A stretch of 24,284 nt of DNA from an uncultured Gammaproteobacteria bacterium (GCA_964593665.1 CAZQJT010000004.1:1-24284); one strand, 5' to 3'. Shown: positions 1-8,557, counted from the stretch's first letter. Numbers and translations are program-made. The notes: generated by a model not told the origin, from the sequence alone.

Positions 1-2
1 TT

Positions 3-104
3 TCAGGAATTATAATCGGCAGTTTAGCTATTTTTATTTTACTGGGATTTTATAAATCTGCCAAAAAAGTAATTAAAGAGGTGAAAAAAGAGGAACAATC
101 TTAA
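3..104 (+). CDS. 3' end of a membrane protein (partial, runs off the left edge)
   Basis: Open frame SGIIIGSLAIFILLGFYKSAKKVIKEVKKEEQS* (hydrophobic helix then basic tail), TAA at 102-104, followed by a terminator-like hairpin. Confidence 0.6.
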   Translation, partial: SGIIIGSLAIFILLGFYKSAKKVIKEVKKEEQS

Positions 105-121
105 TTATCACTAATAAAAAT

Positions 122-150
122 AAAAAGAGACTCTTTTGAGTCCCTTTTTT
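122..150. terminator. Bidirectional intrinsic terminator between convergent genes
   Basis: AAAAAGAGACTC-TTTT-GAGTCCCTTTTT inverted repeat (1 mismatch) with A/T tracts on both sides. Confidence 0.7.
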
Positions 151-161
151 GATACTTTAAA

Positions 162-671
162 TTATTTCTTAGGAAGATATTTCAGTGTTAGATATGCTAA
201 CAGTCCTCCCAGAAGAGCAGTGATAAGTTGTGGCCAACTCATCATTATAATTATGCTTTGTGCTAGCTCATTTTTTAGTAATAAGTTTATGATAATTGAA
301 CTTGATAGAAAAAGAAAAGCGAATTTTAAAGTACTAGCTATCGTTATCGCTAAAAAATATTTTTTTTCTAGGACTTTAAAGATAAGGACAAGAAATATAT
401 TACTTAACATAATAAAAGGAAGCATCGGTGCTAGTGGTGTTGGCAATGTTCCAACGGCAAGCGCTATTAGACTAGGAATCATGGCCATTATAATACCAGC
501 TCTTGTTCCTAATAATGAAACGGTAATAAAAAGAGTTGCGTTTACTATTGTGCCCGTTACAAGTTGTTGTTTTAAAAAAGGCGCAAAGTAAGCGACAATA
601 AACAAAGAAACAAACAAAGTTAAATAAGTTATTTTGTTTTTACTTAGAGCAATGGAAGAAAGATTATTCAT
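162..671 (-). CDS. ECF transporter S component (substrate-binding membrane subunit)
   Basis: 169 aa, ~6 hydrophobic segments, motif QLVTGTIVNATL...G..AG....PSLIAL..G..P....P..PFI.LSN typical of ECF S components. Confidence 0.75.
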   Translation of the reverse strand: MNNLSSIALSKNKITYLTLFVSLFIVAYFAPFLKQQLVTGTIVNATLFITVSLLGTRAGIIMAMIPSLIALAVGTLPTPLAPMLPFIMLSNIFLVLIFKVLEKKYFLAITIASTLKFAFLFLSSSIIINLLLKNELAQSIIIMMSWPQLITALLGGLLAYLTLKYLPKK

Positions 672-701
672 ATTTGTAATTTTAATTTGAATTTCAATTT
701 A

Positions 702-791
702 TGGCGGAGACGAGAGGATTTGAACCCCTGATACCCTTTCGGGTATGCCGCATTTCGAGTGCGGTGCTTTCAACCACTCAGCCACGTCTCC
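702..791 (-). tRNA. tRNA-Ser(CGA), CCA encoded
   Basis: Reverse complement GGAGACG TG GCTGAGTGGTTGAAAGC A CCGCA CTCGAAA TGCGG, long variable arm ATACCC-GAAA-GGGTAT, T arm AGGGG-TTCAAAT-CCTCT, CGTCTCC G CCA. Confidence 0.97.
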
Positions 792-1499
792 TTATTTGTT
801 TATCAAATATTCAATTTCTTTTTTATTAAGATTTCTCCATTTCCCCTCTTCTAGATTTCCTAAAAATATTCCAGCCAAACTAATTCTTTTTAGATCCGAA
901 ATGGTTAATTTAAAATAATTAAACATTCTTCTAATTTGTCTTTTTTTACCTTCGCTTAAGGTTATTACAAATGTGTTGTTTTGTAAATATTCTACTTTAA
1001 CAGCTTTTGCTAATCCATCACCTTCACCGATATCAATTCCTTTTATTAATTTTTCTGAAATTAACTTAGGTTTTTCTATTTCTTCCTTTAGTTTAACTTG
1101 ATATTCTTTTTTATGTTCAAAACTAGGGTGGGAGAGTTTAAAAGCTAAATCACCATTATTTGTTAGTAGAACTAACCCACGACTATCTTTGTCTAAGCGA
1201 CCAACAGCAAATAGCCTTTCTTTATCAGGAAGCAAATCAAAAATATTTTTTTCATTTGGAAAACGACGGTTGGTACAGGTATATCCACGAGGTTTGTTTA
1301 ATATCAAATATGTTTCTTTCGGCTGAGAAGAAAGTTTCTTTCCTCTTATTTCAATTTTGTCCTTTTCTAAATCAACCCTATCACCCTTTTTGGCTATTTG
1401 GCCGTTTATTTTTATCTCATTATTTTCAATAAGAATTTCTGCTTTTCTTCTTGAACAAAAACCACTTAAAGCAACCGCTTTCTGTAATACAATCTTCAT
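792..1499 (-). CDS. rRNA pseudouridine synthase, RsuA/RluB/RluF family with N-terminal S4 domain
   Basis: S4 motif SGFCSRRKAE, LNKPRGY, catalytic GRLDKDSRGLVLLTNNG, EGKKRQIRRMF. Confidence 0.93.
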   Translation of the reverse strand: MKIVLQKAVALSGFCSRRKAEILIENNEIKINGQIAKKGDRVDLEKDKIEIRGKKLSSQPKETYLILNKPRGYTCTNRRFPNEKNIFDLLPDKERLFAVGRLDKDSRGLVLLTNNGDLAFKLSHPSFEHKKEYQVKLKEEIEKPKLISEKLIKGIDIGEGDGLAKAVKVEYLQNNTFVITLSEGKKRQIRRMFNYFKLTISDLKRISLAGIFLGNLEEGKWRNLNKKEIEYLINK

Positions 1500-2893
1500 A
1501 TTTTTTTATCTTTAATTTGGTGATGTAGGTTCAATAGGCCAATAAAAGACAGAATTATGAAGAACATTACCGCTAAATCATTTTTAAAATAAGGAACATC
1601 AACTAATCCGTGAACCATAATTATTATTAGTGAGCTAAAAAGGCCAAGTGCTAGGTATTTTTCTTTTTTATTCTCAGGGTTTTTGTCACGAGAAATTTTA
1701 AAAGCTATAAAACAAGCTTTAAAGAAGAGCCAAAAAAAGGCTAAGGCACCGAAAAGCCCAATTTCTGTCCAGAAATTTAAAAAGATATTATGGGGATAAA
1801 GATATATTTCCACTGGTTGCCAATATTTTTTTTGTAAATCTAAATTAGCCCAAGTTAAAGCATCAAAATTTTCAATTTTATCACGATTAAAAAAGATTCC
1901 TTCTTGATGATAAGGAAAAACAGCTTTTTGATAATTGCTTAAGCCATTACCGCTAATAATATTCCCTTCTTTAAAAAGACTTATTGTTTCTCTCCATTGT
2001 TGCAAACGTATTTGTCCGGACAAGTCTTGAAAAGATATTTTTTCCCAGACAGTGTTTCTAATATTTGATGATGACAAGATCGTTAATAATAGTAGCAAGC
2101 TAGTAATAATAGTTATTCTACTTTTTTTACCCCCAGAAAAAAGGCCGAAGGTTAATAGCCCAGCAGCGATACCAATAAGAGCTCCTTCGGACTTAGCAAA
2201 ATAAACTGAAATAATAGAGCCGAGTATGATGGCAATAATTAACGATTTTTTTATAATATTTTGAACAGATATTTTTTTAGGCAGAGAGAATAGCCAGCCG
2301 GTAAAGATTAGTATTAAAGGAGAAAGATATAGGCCAACAGCATTTGGATATTCAAACCAAGAAACAACGCGACGGGTTGCTTCTTCCGCCCAAAAACTGT
2401 TAGGGATTAAGTGTCCAGTTATCTTTTGATAAATAGCTAAAATTATTATACTAGCAGCTGAAATAAGAAGCCCCCATAAAATTTTAGACCAATCTTTTTT
2501 ATTTTTATAAATATTTATTATTAAAATAAAAACTAAAATTGGCTCAAAAAAATAAGCTTTCCAGACTCCCAGCGCACTGTTTTGAAATCCGGAGATAAAA
2601 ATAGCAATAAAAGATAAAATGGTAAGAGAAATAATTTCCCAAGAGAAGGGGTAGGGTTTTCTTTTTTGCTGATTTTTTAAAGAATTTCTAAAATTTGGCC
2701 AAAACTCTTTTACAAACCAAATGGTAAAAGTAATTAAAATCATTATTTCTAGTAGTGTTGAGGGCAAAGAAAATAAAGAGAATCTTATTAAATAAGCGGG
2801 AAGAGCGGCAATTAGAAAAAACAAAGCGTAGTCTAAGCGCAGCCAGGCGAGAATGGTAAAAAAAGAAGAAAATATTAAGATAGTTATTGGCAT
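1496..2893 (-). CDS. O-antigen ligase/polymerase (Wzy_C) family membrane protein
   Basis: 465 aa polytopic; RVVSWFEYPNAVGLYL, KSEGA, R...W, G.G, YPHNIFLNFWTEIGLFG, HGLVDVPYF; ATGA overlap with the downstream gene. Confidence 0.88.
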   Translation of the reverse strand: MPITILIFSSFFTILAWLRLDYALFFLIAALPAYLIRFSLFSLPSTLLEIMILITFTIWFVKEFWPNFRNSLKNQQKRKPYPFSWEIISLTILSFIAIFISGFQNSALGVWKAYFFEPILVFILIINIYKNKKDWSKILWGLLISAASIIILAIYQKITGHLIPNSFWAEEATRRVVSWFEYPNAVGLYLSPLILIFTGWLFSLPKKISVQNIIKKSLIIAIILGSIISVYFAKSEGALIGIAAGLLTFGLFSGGKKSRITIITSLLLLLTILSSSNIRNTVWEKISFQDLSGQIRLQQWRETISLFKEGNIISGNGLSNYQKAVFPYHQEGIFFNRDKIENFDALTWANLDLQKKYWQPVEIYLYPHNIFLNFWTEIGLFGALAFFWLFFKACFIAFKISRDKNPENKKEKYLALGLFSSLIIIMVHGLVDVPYFKNDLAVMFFIILSFIGLLNLHHQIKDKKI

Positions 2894-2918
2894 ATTTGTT
2901 TATAATCAGTTAAGTATT

Positions 2919-2927
2919 ATTATAACA
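2919..2927 (-). promoter_or_regulatory. Extended -10 promoter (TGTTATAAT) for the ligase operon
   Basis: Exact TGnTATAAT ~26 nt upstream of the ATG at 2893. Confidence 0.55.
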
Positions 2928-2990
2928 TCAGGATATTGTTTTAGAAAGAAGGTTATTTGCCTTCTTTAATGGCCTATGTTATTTTTAGTG

Positions 2991-2996
2991 TATAAT
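2991..2996 (+). promoter_or_regulatory. -10 element (TATAAT) for the kinase-like gene, near-leaderless
   Basis: TATAAT ends 8 nt before ATG 3005; no SD. Confidence 0.5.
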
Positions 2997-3004
2997 ATAA
3001 AAAT

Positions 3005-4117
3005 ATGGAGAAATTTAGTTTAGAAAAATTAAACAAACCAGAGTCTTCTGTTGAAGAAAACGAATTGTTCTTAGAGTTTGAAAAACGTGGCCTAGAACGA
3101 GATATTTTAAAGGAGTTTCTTCCTTTAATTGAGAAGATTAGGTTTGTTAATATAGATACTAATAAAAAGTGCAACAATATTCATTTTGACATTGTTGCCT
3201 CTTTGTTAACTAAACAAGAAAATAAGGAAATATTATTACAAAATATATTAAAGGAAATTAACCATAATTTAAAAGAAACTAAAGAGCTTTTAGTTTTTTC
3301 AACAAAAGAAATTGCCGCCGAAAGCATTGATTTTGAAATAGGTACTAATCGTCGAGTTGATAGGATTTCTTGTTTATTTGAAGACGACACTTCTTATGAT
3401 TTCACAGTCTCAGCTGATTTTGATGATTACAGAGATGATAATAATAGCAACTCCTTTGTAGAGAAAGAAGTTTTTAATTCCCCATTGGGTCAAGATAACC
3501 CGGTAATGCAGAAATATTTTGCTTATTTAAAAAAGGAGATGTCGGGACGCTCCCGTCGTTTTATCATGAAGGAATATTTGCCCGGGAAAAATATTGTTCA
3601 GTATTTTAACGAAATTGAAAATGATGAAGATTTTTGGAACGGACTTAACGATGTCTCTTGCGAATTAGCTTATAGTATGGGTTATTTATATCAAAGAATG
3701 GGAGGAAAACTTTTAGAAGATTTGAAATTAGAAAACATTATCTATAATTATGAAAATCCAGATTCTGATTTACCAGCTTGTCGTATTTGTGACCACTCAG
3801 GTTATTATGGCACAGACGTTGAAAAGAAAAGTGTTTCACAGATAATGGCCAATATTTCTAGCTTATTAGCTATCTATTCCGTTAAAGACTCTCAAGGCAG
3901 AAAAAAAGGAGTCCTAAAAGAGACGTTTGCACAAGAAGATGTAGTGATAAATTATTTAGATTCTTTTTGTTCTCAAATAGAGAGCGAAAGTATAAAAAAT
4001 ACTTTTTTAGAAAAAATAAAAGAAATACGGCAGACTCCTGTAGAAAAAAGAATGTTTGCAACCTCTGATGATTTACTTGATTTTTCTATTAATTATTTAA
4101 AACGTGAAAGTGAATAG
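3005..4117 (+). CDS. Hypothetical protein with protein-kinase-like (PKL) C-terminal domain
   Basis: Ordered kinase-like motifs: FIMKEYLPG (hinge), LEDLKLENII (catalytic loop), RICDHSG (DFG-equivalent). Confidence 0.6.
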   Translation: MEKFSLEKLNKPESSVEENELFLEFEKRGLERDILKEFLPLIEKIRFVNIDTNKKCNNIHFDIVASLLTKQENKEILLQNILKEINHNLKETKELLVFSTKEIAAESIDFEIGTNRRVDRISCLFEDDTSYDFTVSADFDDYRDDNNSNSFVEKEVFNSPLGQDNPVMQKYFAYLKKEMSGRSRRFIMKEYLPGKNIVQYFNEIENDEDFWNGLNDVSCELAYSMGYLYQRMGGKLLEDLKLENIIYNYENPDSDLPACRICDHSGYYGTDVEKKSVSQIMANISSLLAIYSVKDSQGRKKGVLKETFAQEDVVINYLDSFCSQIESESIKNTFLEKIKEIRQTPVEKRMFATSDDLLDFSINYLKRESE

Positions 4118-4133
4118 TTTTTAATTCTGAGTT

Positions 4134-4170
4134 AATAAAAGAAGCTATCTTTTAGATAGCTTCTTTTATT
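4134..4170. terminator. Bidirectional intrinsic terminator
   Basis: Perfect 17-bp inverted repeat AATAAAAGAAGCTATCT-TTT-AGATAGCTTCTTTTATT between convergent genes. Confidence 0.9.
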
Positions 4171-4183
4171 TTTAGTAAATTTT

Positions 4184-4744
4184 TTAACTTGCTCTTTCAA
4201 CGTATTCTCCTGTTTCAGTATTTACTCTTATAACGTCACCCTCGTTTATAAACATAGGAACGTTTATTTTGGCACCAGTTTCTAGTTCTACTTGTTTATT
4301 AACGTTGCCAGCCGAATTCCCTTTAACACCAGGGGGCGCAGTGGTTACTTTAAATTCCATTTTAATTGGCAAACTGATTGATACGGGTTTATTTTCAAAA
4401 TATAGAACATCAACATCAGTGCCATCTTTTAGAAACTCAGCCGCTTCGCCGATTTCTTCTAAAGGAAGATTGAATTGTTCGTAAGAGATGTTATCCATGA
4501 AATAAGCCTCCTCTTTGTCCTTATACATAAAGTTAGCTTTTTTAGTTTCTGTTTCTGCTTCTTCTGCTTTTTCTGATCCTTGGTAAGTTTTCTCTAGAAT
4601 ATTACCGTTTATTAAGTTGCGGCATTTTATCTTTAAAACCGCCCCACCTCTTCCCATCTTATGATGGTCAGTTTTTATAATAATGTAAGGTTCGGCGTTA
4701 AGCTTGATAACTTTACCAGTTTTTATTTCGTTGAAATTCAGCAT
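4184..4744 (-). CDS. efp: Translation elongation factor P
   Basis: KMGRGGA loop, YKD...YFMD..YEQ, PPGVKGNSA, LETGAKINVPMFINEGD.I.VNT..GEYVER. Confidence 0.97.
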   Translation of the reverse strand: MLNFNEIKTGKVIKLNAEPYIIIKTDHHKMGRGGAVLKIKCRNLINGNILEKTYQGSEKAEEAETETKKANFMYKDKEEAYFMDNISYEQFNLPLEEIGEAAEFLKDGTDVDVLYFENKPVSISLPIKMEFKVTTAPPGVKGNSAGNVNKQVELETGAKINVPMFINEGDVIRVNTETGEYVERAS

Positions 4745-4767
4745 AAATTTTCAGCTTTTTTAAGTAA

Positions 4768-4977
4768 TTATTTATGTGTTGGCGCAAGTAGGGCCATAAT
4801 GCGAGCACGCTTTATTGCTGTTGATAATTTTCTTTGATGCCAAGCACAGACTCCCGTTCTGTCTCCTGGTAAAATTTTCATAAAGAAATTAACGAATTTT
4901 TTTAAGGTGCGGACGTCTTTGTAGTCAACATCAAGATTATTAACGCAAAAATAGCATTCTTTTGTTTTTTTTGTCAT
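4768..4977 (-). CDS. rpsR: 30S ribosomal protein S18 (Zn-binding C+ type)
   Basis: CYFC...VDYKD...L..F....KILP...[20 protein letters not shown]. Confidence 0.96.
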   Translation of the reverse strand: MTKKTKECYFCVNNLDVDYKDVRTLKKFVNFFMKILPGDRTGVCAWHQRKLSTAIKRARIMALLAPTHK

Positions 4978-4988
4978 ATTATTTATTA

Positions 4989-5432
4989 TTAAAAAGGAAT
5001 ATTTTCAACACGAATCTCTTCATCTTCAGGGTTGCTTTCAGGGATTTCAATAGTTGCTTCATTTCCACCATTATTTACAGAGGCTGTTCCTGTAGCCATA
5101 CCACCCTTGGAATCTAACATTATCATATTTTCTGCAACGATTTCTGTTCTATATCTTTTTACGCCTTCTTGTCCGGTCCAATCAGTTGTCTGTAGTCTTC
5201 CTTCTATAAAAACCTTTGATCCTTTATGTAAATACTTAGAACAAACTTCTGCTAATTTGCGCCAAGCGATTATATTATGGAATTCGGTTTTCTTTTGTTG
5301 TTGTCCGCTTTGGTCTGTCCAAATTAAATTAGTGGCAACGGAAAAAGAAGCGACATTTTGACCGGAAGGAGTAGTCCTTAATTCCGGGTCGCGAGTTAAG
5401 TTGCCGATAATCATAGCTTTGTTTAGATTCAT
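4989..5432 (-). CDS. ssb: Single-stranded DNA-binding protein
   Basis: [37 protein letters not shown], acidic C-terminal IPF tail. Confidence 0.97.
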   Translation of the reverse strand: MNLNKAMIIGNLTRDPELRTTPSGQNVASFSVATNLIWTDQSGQQQKKTEFHNIIAWRKLAEVCSKYLHKGSKVFIEGRLQTTDWTGQEGVKRYRTEIVAENMIMLDSKGGMATGTASVNNGGNEATIEIPESNPEDEEIRVENIPF

Positions 5433-5465
5433 ATTTTTGGGTAACCCTTTTAACGGGGTTATTAA

Positions 5466-5987
5466 TTAAATTAAATCATTAGCATTTAAAATGCCCTCTA
5501 ATTTTTCATCTAAATCTTTTAAATCAACTCGTTCACTTTTTTCCTTGGTTGATTTTACAGCTGGTTTTTCTTTGGATGGTTCTTTTTCTTGAGCTAATTT
5601 TTCTTTTTCTTGAGCTGCTTTTTTAGAATCAATTTTAGCTCTAATTATTTCTTCCTTTTTTAAATCCTCAGCTGTTTTTGGTTTTTTAGCGATAATTTGA
5701 TGACGCAAAACTTCAGTTGATAGTCGTAAGTTTTGATCGATTTTAGCTAATAAGTTCCCCTCTAGATCAAATTCAAACAAGGCATAATAGCCATAAGCAT
5801 TGTGTTTGATTTCATAAGCAAGTTTTTTCTTGCCCCAGTATTCAGAATGAGTTATTTCCCCGCCATTTTCGGTGATAACTTGGCTTACTTTTTCTGTTAT
5901 TTTTTTAGCTTCGTCATCAGTGAACTTATTCGACACTATAAACAAAATTTCGTAGTGTTTAGCGCCGCTTGCTTTTGTTTTTGACAT
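5466..5987 (-). CDS. rpsF: 30S ribosomal protein S6 with long charged C-terminal extension
   Basis: YEILFI, WGKKKLAYEIK, GYY, VLRH; first gene of rpsF-ssb-rpsR. Confidence 0.95.
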   Translation of the reverse strand: MSKTKASGAKHYEILFIVSNKFTDDEAKKITEKVSQVITENGGEITHSEYWGKKKLAYEIKHNAYGYYALFEFDLEGNLLAKIDQNLRLSTEVLRHQIIAKKPKTAEDLKKEEIIRAKIDSKKAAQEKEKLAQEKEPSKEKPAVKSTKEKSERVDLKDLDEKLEGILNANDLI

Positions 5988-6066
5988 AAGTATCTTAGAT
6001 TACAGTCTTTAAAGATTTTTTAAGTAAATATTAAATAATCAATAAAAACCTGTTATTAAATAAAAT

Positions 6067-6104
6067 CCCCCAGTATTCAAAAGCCTTGAGGGTTTTAGAA
6101 TACC
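6067..6104 (-). promoter_or_regulatory. Hairpin in the rpsF 5' leader (candidate S6:S18 autoregulatory element)
   Basis: GTATTC-T-AAAA-CCC-TCAA-GGC-TTTT-GAATAC followed by TGGGGG, just after the predicted TSS. Confidence 0.35.
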
Positions 6105-6115
6105 TTTAATCATGC

Positions 6116-6145
6116 AGTATAGTTAGCATAATTATTTTGAGTCAA
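6116..6145 (-). promoter_or_regulatory. Sigma70 promoter of rpsF-ssb-rpsR-efp
   Basis: TTGACT-18 nt-TATACT on the minus strand. Confidence 0.7.
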
Positions 6146-6237
6146 GCTCAAAATATGGGAAAGATATGTTGTTTATTAATTTGTTTACTTAGATTATCAT
6201 GTATATTTGAAAATTGCAAGAGTTTCCGTTCTAACGA

Positions 6238-6266
6238 TTGCCAGACTTAAAGTATTAGGATAGAAT
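6238..6266 (+). promoter_or_regulatory. Sigma70 promoter for the methyltransferase (leaderless-type)
   Basis: TTGCCA-17 nt-TAGAAT, ATG 7 nt after the -10. Confidence 0.7.
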
Positions 6267-6273
6267 TTAGGAT

Positions 6274-7455
6274 ATGAAATATTTTTTTGTTTTAGGAACA
6301 AACACTAATCTATCACTAGCTGAATTAGCGGCTGTTTTAGATTTAAAAAAAACTTGGTTAATATCAGGAGATTTTTTACTTTGGGAGACAGAAACAGAAA
6401 TAAATCCCGAAAATTTGATAAAACGGCTAGGGGGAGTGATAAAAATAGGGAAAATTGTAGAAGAAATAGCTAGGGATGATAAAAATATTGTTGAAACTTT
6501 AGCGAAAATAGTTTTAAATAAACAAAATAATGAAAATAGTGGTAAGTTTAATTTTGGTTTTTCTGATTACGGAAAACTTTCTTTAAATAAACGAGATTTG
6601 GGCATGAAATTAAAGAAAAAGCTTAGTGAATTAGAAATAAGTTCACGGTTTGTCGTTAGCCGAGAAAAAACTTTATCCAGTGTTGTTGTTGAACAGAATA
6701 AATTACTAAGAAGAGGCGTGGAATTAGTTTTTGTAGAAATTCAGGGAGAAATTTTAATAGGTGAAACTTTGGCAGTTCAGCCGTTTAAAGATTTGTCTCG
6801 TCGTGATTATGGCCGTCCAGCCAGAGATGATCTTTCGGGAATGATACCGCCAAAATTAGCTCAAATTATGTTAAATTTAGCCCAGGTTAGTAGCCCAGAA
6901 AGCGTTATTATTGATCCTTTTTGTGGTTCAGGAACGATTTTAAGTGAAGCAGTTTTAATGGGTTATAAAAATATATTTGGCTCTGATTTGTCTAAAAAAG
7001 CGGTAGATGATACTTATAAAAATATTTCTTGGCTTAAAGAGCTCTATCAGATAAACAACGTTAAGGTGAAATTAGTTGTAAAAAATGTAATTAACTTGTC
7101 AAAATTTATAAAAGCCGATTTTGCTGAAGCAATTGTTACCGAACCATTTTTGGGTCCACAAAGAGGTTTAATTGATTTTAAGGCAGTTATTTCTAATTTA
7201 GAATCGTTGTATAGTGAGGCAATTAGCCAGTTTGAAATTGTTTTAAAAACAGGTGGACGAATTGTTATGGTTTGGCCTTTTTTTTATGGCCAGAAACCAA
7301 TAAACCCTGACTATAGCGGATTTAAGATGATAGACATGCTCCCTTCAAGTCTAAAATCTAATGATTTCATCAAAAAACACAATAGAGCGACTATTATTTA
7401 TGGTCGTCCTGGTCAGAAAGTATATAGAGAAATTGTTGTTTTGGAGAAAATTTAG
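6274..7455 (+). CDS. Trm11/TrmG10-like (UPF0020) SAM-dependent RNA methyltransferase
   Basis: N-terminal FVLG.N..LSLAEL, MIPPKLAQIMLNL, motif I IDPFCGSGTIL, GSD, motif IV VTEPFLGP. Confidence 0.7.
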   Translation: MKYFFVLGTNTNLSLAELAAVLDLKKTWLISGDFLLWETETEINPENLIKRLGGVIKIGKIVEEIARDDKNIVETLAKIVLNKQNNENSGKFNFGFSDYGKLSLNKRDLGMKLKKKLSELEISSRFVVSREKTLSSVVVEQNKLLRRGVELVFVEIQGEILIGETLAVQPFKDLSRRDYGRPARDDLSGMIPPKLAQIMLNLAQVSSPESVIIDPFCGSGTILSEAVLMGYKNIFGSDLSKKAVDDTYKNISWLKELYQINNVKVKLVVKNVINLSKFIKADFAEAIVTEPFLGPQRGLIDFKAVISNLESLYSEAISQFEIVLKTGGRIVMVWPFFYGQKPINPDYSGFKMIDMLPSSLKSNDFIKKHNRATIIYGRPGQKVYREIVVLEKI

Positions 7456-7463
7456 CCTATTTT

Positions 7464-8528
7464 CTATTTGCTAACTAGAAAATGACAAACATCGCCATCT
7501 TGTACGATATAATCTTTCCCCTCCGTTCTTATAAGGCCAAGTTCTCTTGCTTTGGGCTCACTACCACATTCTACTAGTTTTTCCCAATTAATTATTTCAG
7601 CGCGGATAAATCCTTTAATAAAATCAGTGTGGATTTCTCCAGCTGCTTGTGGGGCTTTTGAGCCCTTTTTTACTGTCCAAGCCCTGGTTTCGTCTGGACC
7701 GGTTGTAAAAAAAGTTTCAAGACCTAGCAGTTTATAAGAAATTTGTATTAGTTTATCTAATCCGCTTTGTTTTAGCCCTAATTCTTTTATATATTCAGCC
7801 TGTTCATCTTCTGGTAGATTCATTATTTCTTCTTCTAACTTTACGTTAATTTTTAATAAAAAATCACTTATTTCACTTAAATCACCTTCTTGGTAATTTT
7901 CATCTATATTAAGTAAATATAAAATTGGTTTGCTTGTTAAAAGATTCAAATTTTTTACAAAAAGAAGATCTTCTTCTGCAAAAATAAGTTCACGGGTTGA
8001 TTTTCCGGCGGCCAAGTGTTGATAAATTTTTTCTAATATTTCAGTATTATGTATTAATTCTTTATTACCACTTTTTGCTTCACGACGACTTTTATCTAAT
8101 CTTTTCTCAATACTAGACAAATCGGCTAATATTAGTTCAGTATTTATAGTTTCCTGGTCATCCTTTGGGTCTATATGGCCATTTACATGAATTATATTAT
8201 TATCTTTAAAGTCTCTTATCACTTCACAAATAGCGTCACATTCTCTAATGTGAGCTAAAAATTGATTACCAAGGCCCTCTCCCTTACTGGCTCCAGCGAC
8301 TAGACCAGCAATGTCAACAAATTCAATAGTAGTTGGAATTATTTGTTTTGGGTGAGATATTTCTGCTAATTTTTGCAAACGATGATCGGGGACTTTTACC
8401 ACGCCAACATTGGGATCAATGGTACAAAAAGGATAATTAGCCGCTTCTACGCCCTTTTTTGTTAATAGATTAAATAAAGTTGATTTGCCAACATTTGGCA
8501 ACCCGACAATTCCTATGGAAAGTGACAT
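7464..8528 (-). CDS. ychF: Ribosome-binding ATPase YchF (Obg family)
   Basis: GIVGLPNVGKST, ANYPFCTIDPN, FVDIAGLV.GASKGEGLGNQFL, AGEIHTDF..GFIRAE, EGKDYIVQDGD. Confidence 0.97.
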   Translation of the reverse strand: MSLSIGIVGLPNVGKSTLFNLLTKKGVEAANYPFCTIDPNVGVVKVPDHRLQKLAEISHPKQIIPTTIEFVDIAGLVAGASKGEGLGNQFLAHIRECDAICEVIRDFKDNNIIHVNGHIDPKDDQETINTELILADLSSIEKRLDKSRREAKSGNKELIHNTEILEKIYQHLAAGKSTRELIFAEEDLLFVKNLNLLTSKPILYLLNIDENYQEGDLSEISDFLLKINVKLEEEIMNLPEDEQAEYIKELGLKQSGLDKLIQISYKLLGLETFFTTGPDETRAWTVKKGSKAPQAAGEIHTDFIKGFIRAEIINWEKLVECGSEPKARELGLIRTEGKDYIVQDGDVCHFLVSK

Positions 8529-8557
8529 AATTAATGTTAGTTTAATAATAAATTAGC

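Noticed and set aside
136-591. 151-aa plus-strand ORF
   Set aside because: Antisense shadow of the ECF S component, no recognisable motifs
5439-5462. Small hairpin TAACCC-N8-GGGTTA between rpsF and ssb
   Set aside because: Short, no U-tail; probably a minor mRNA stability element
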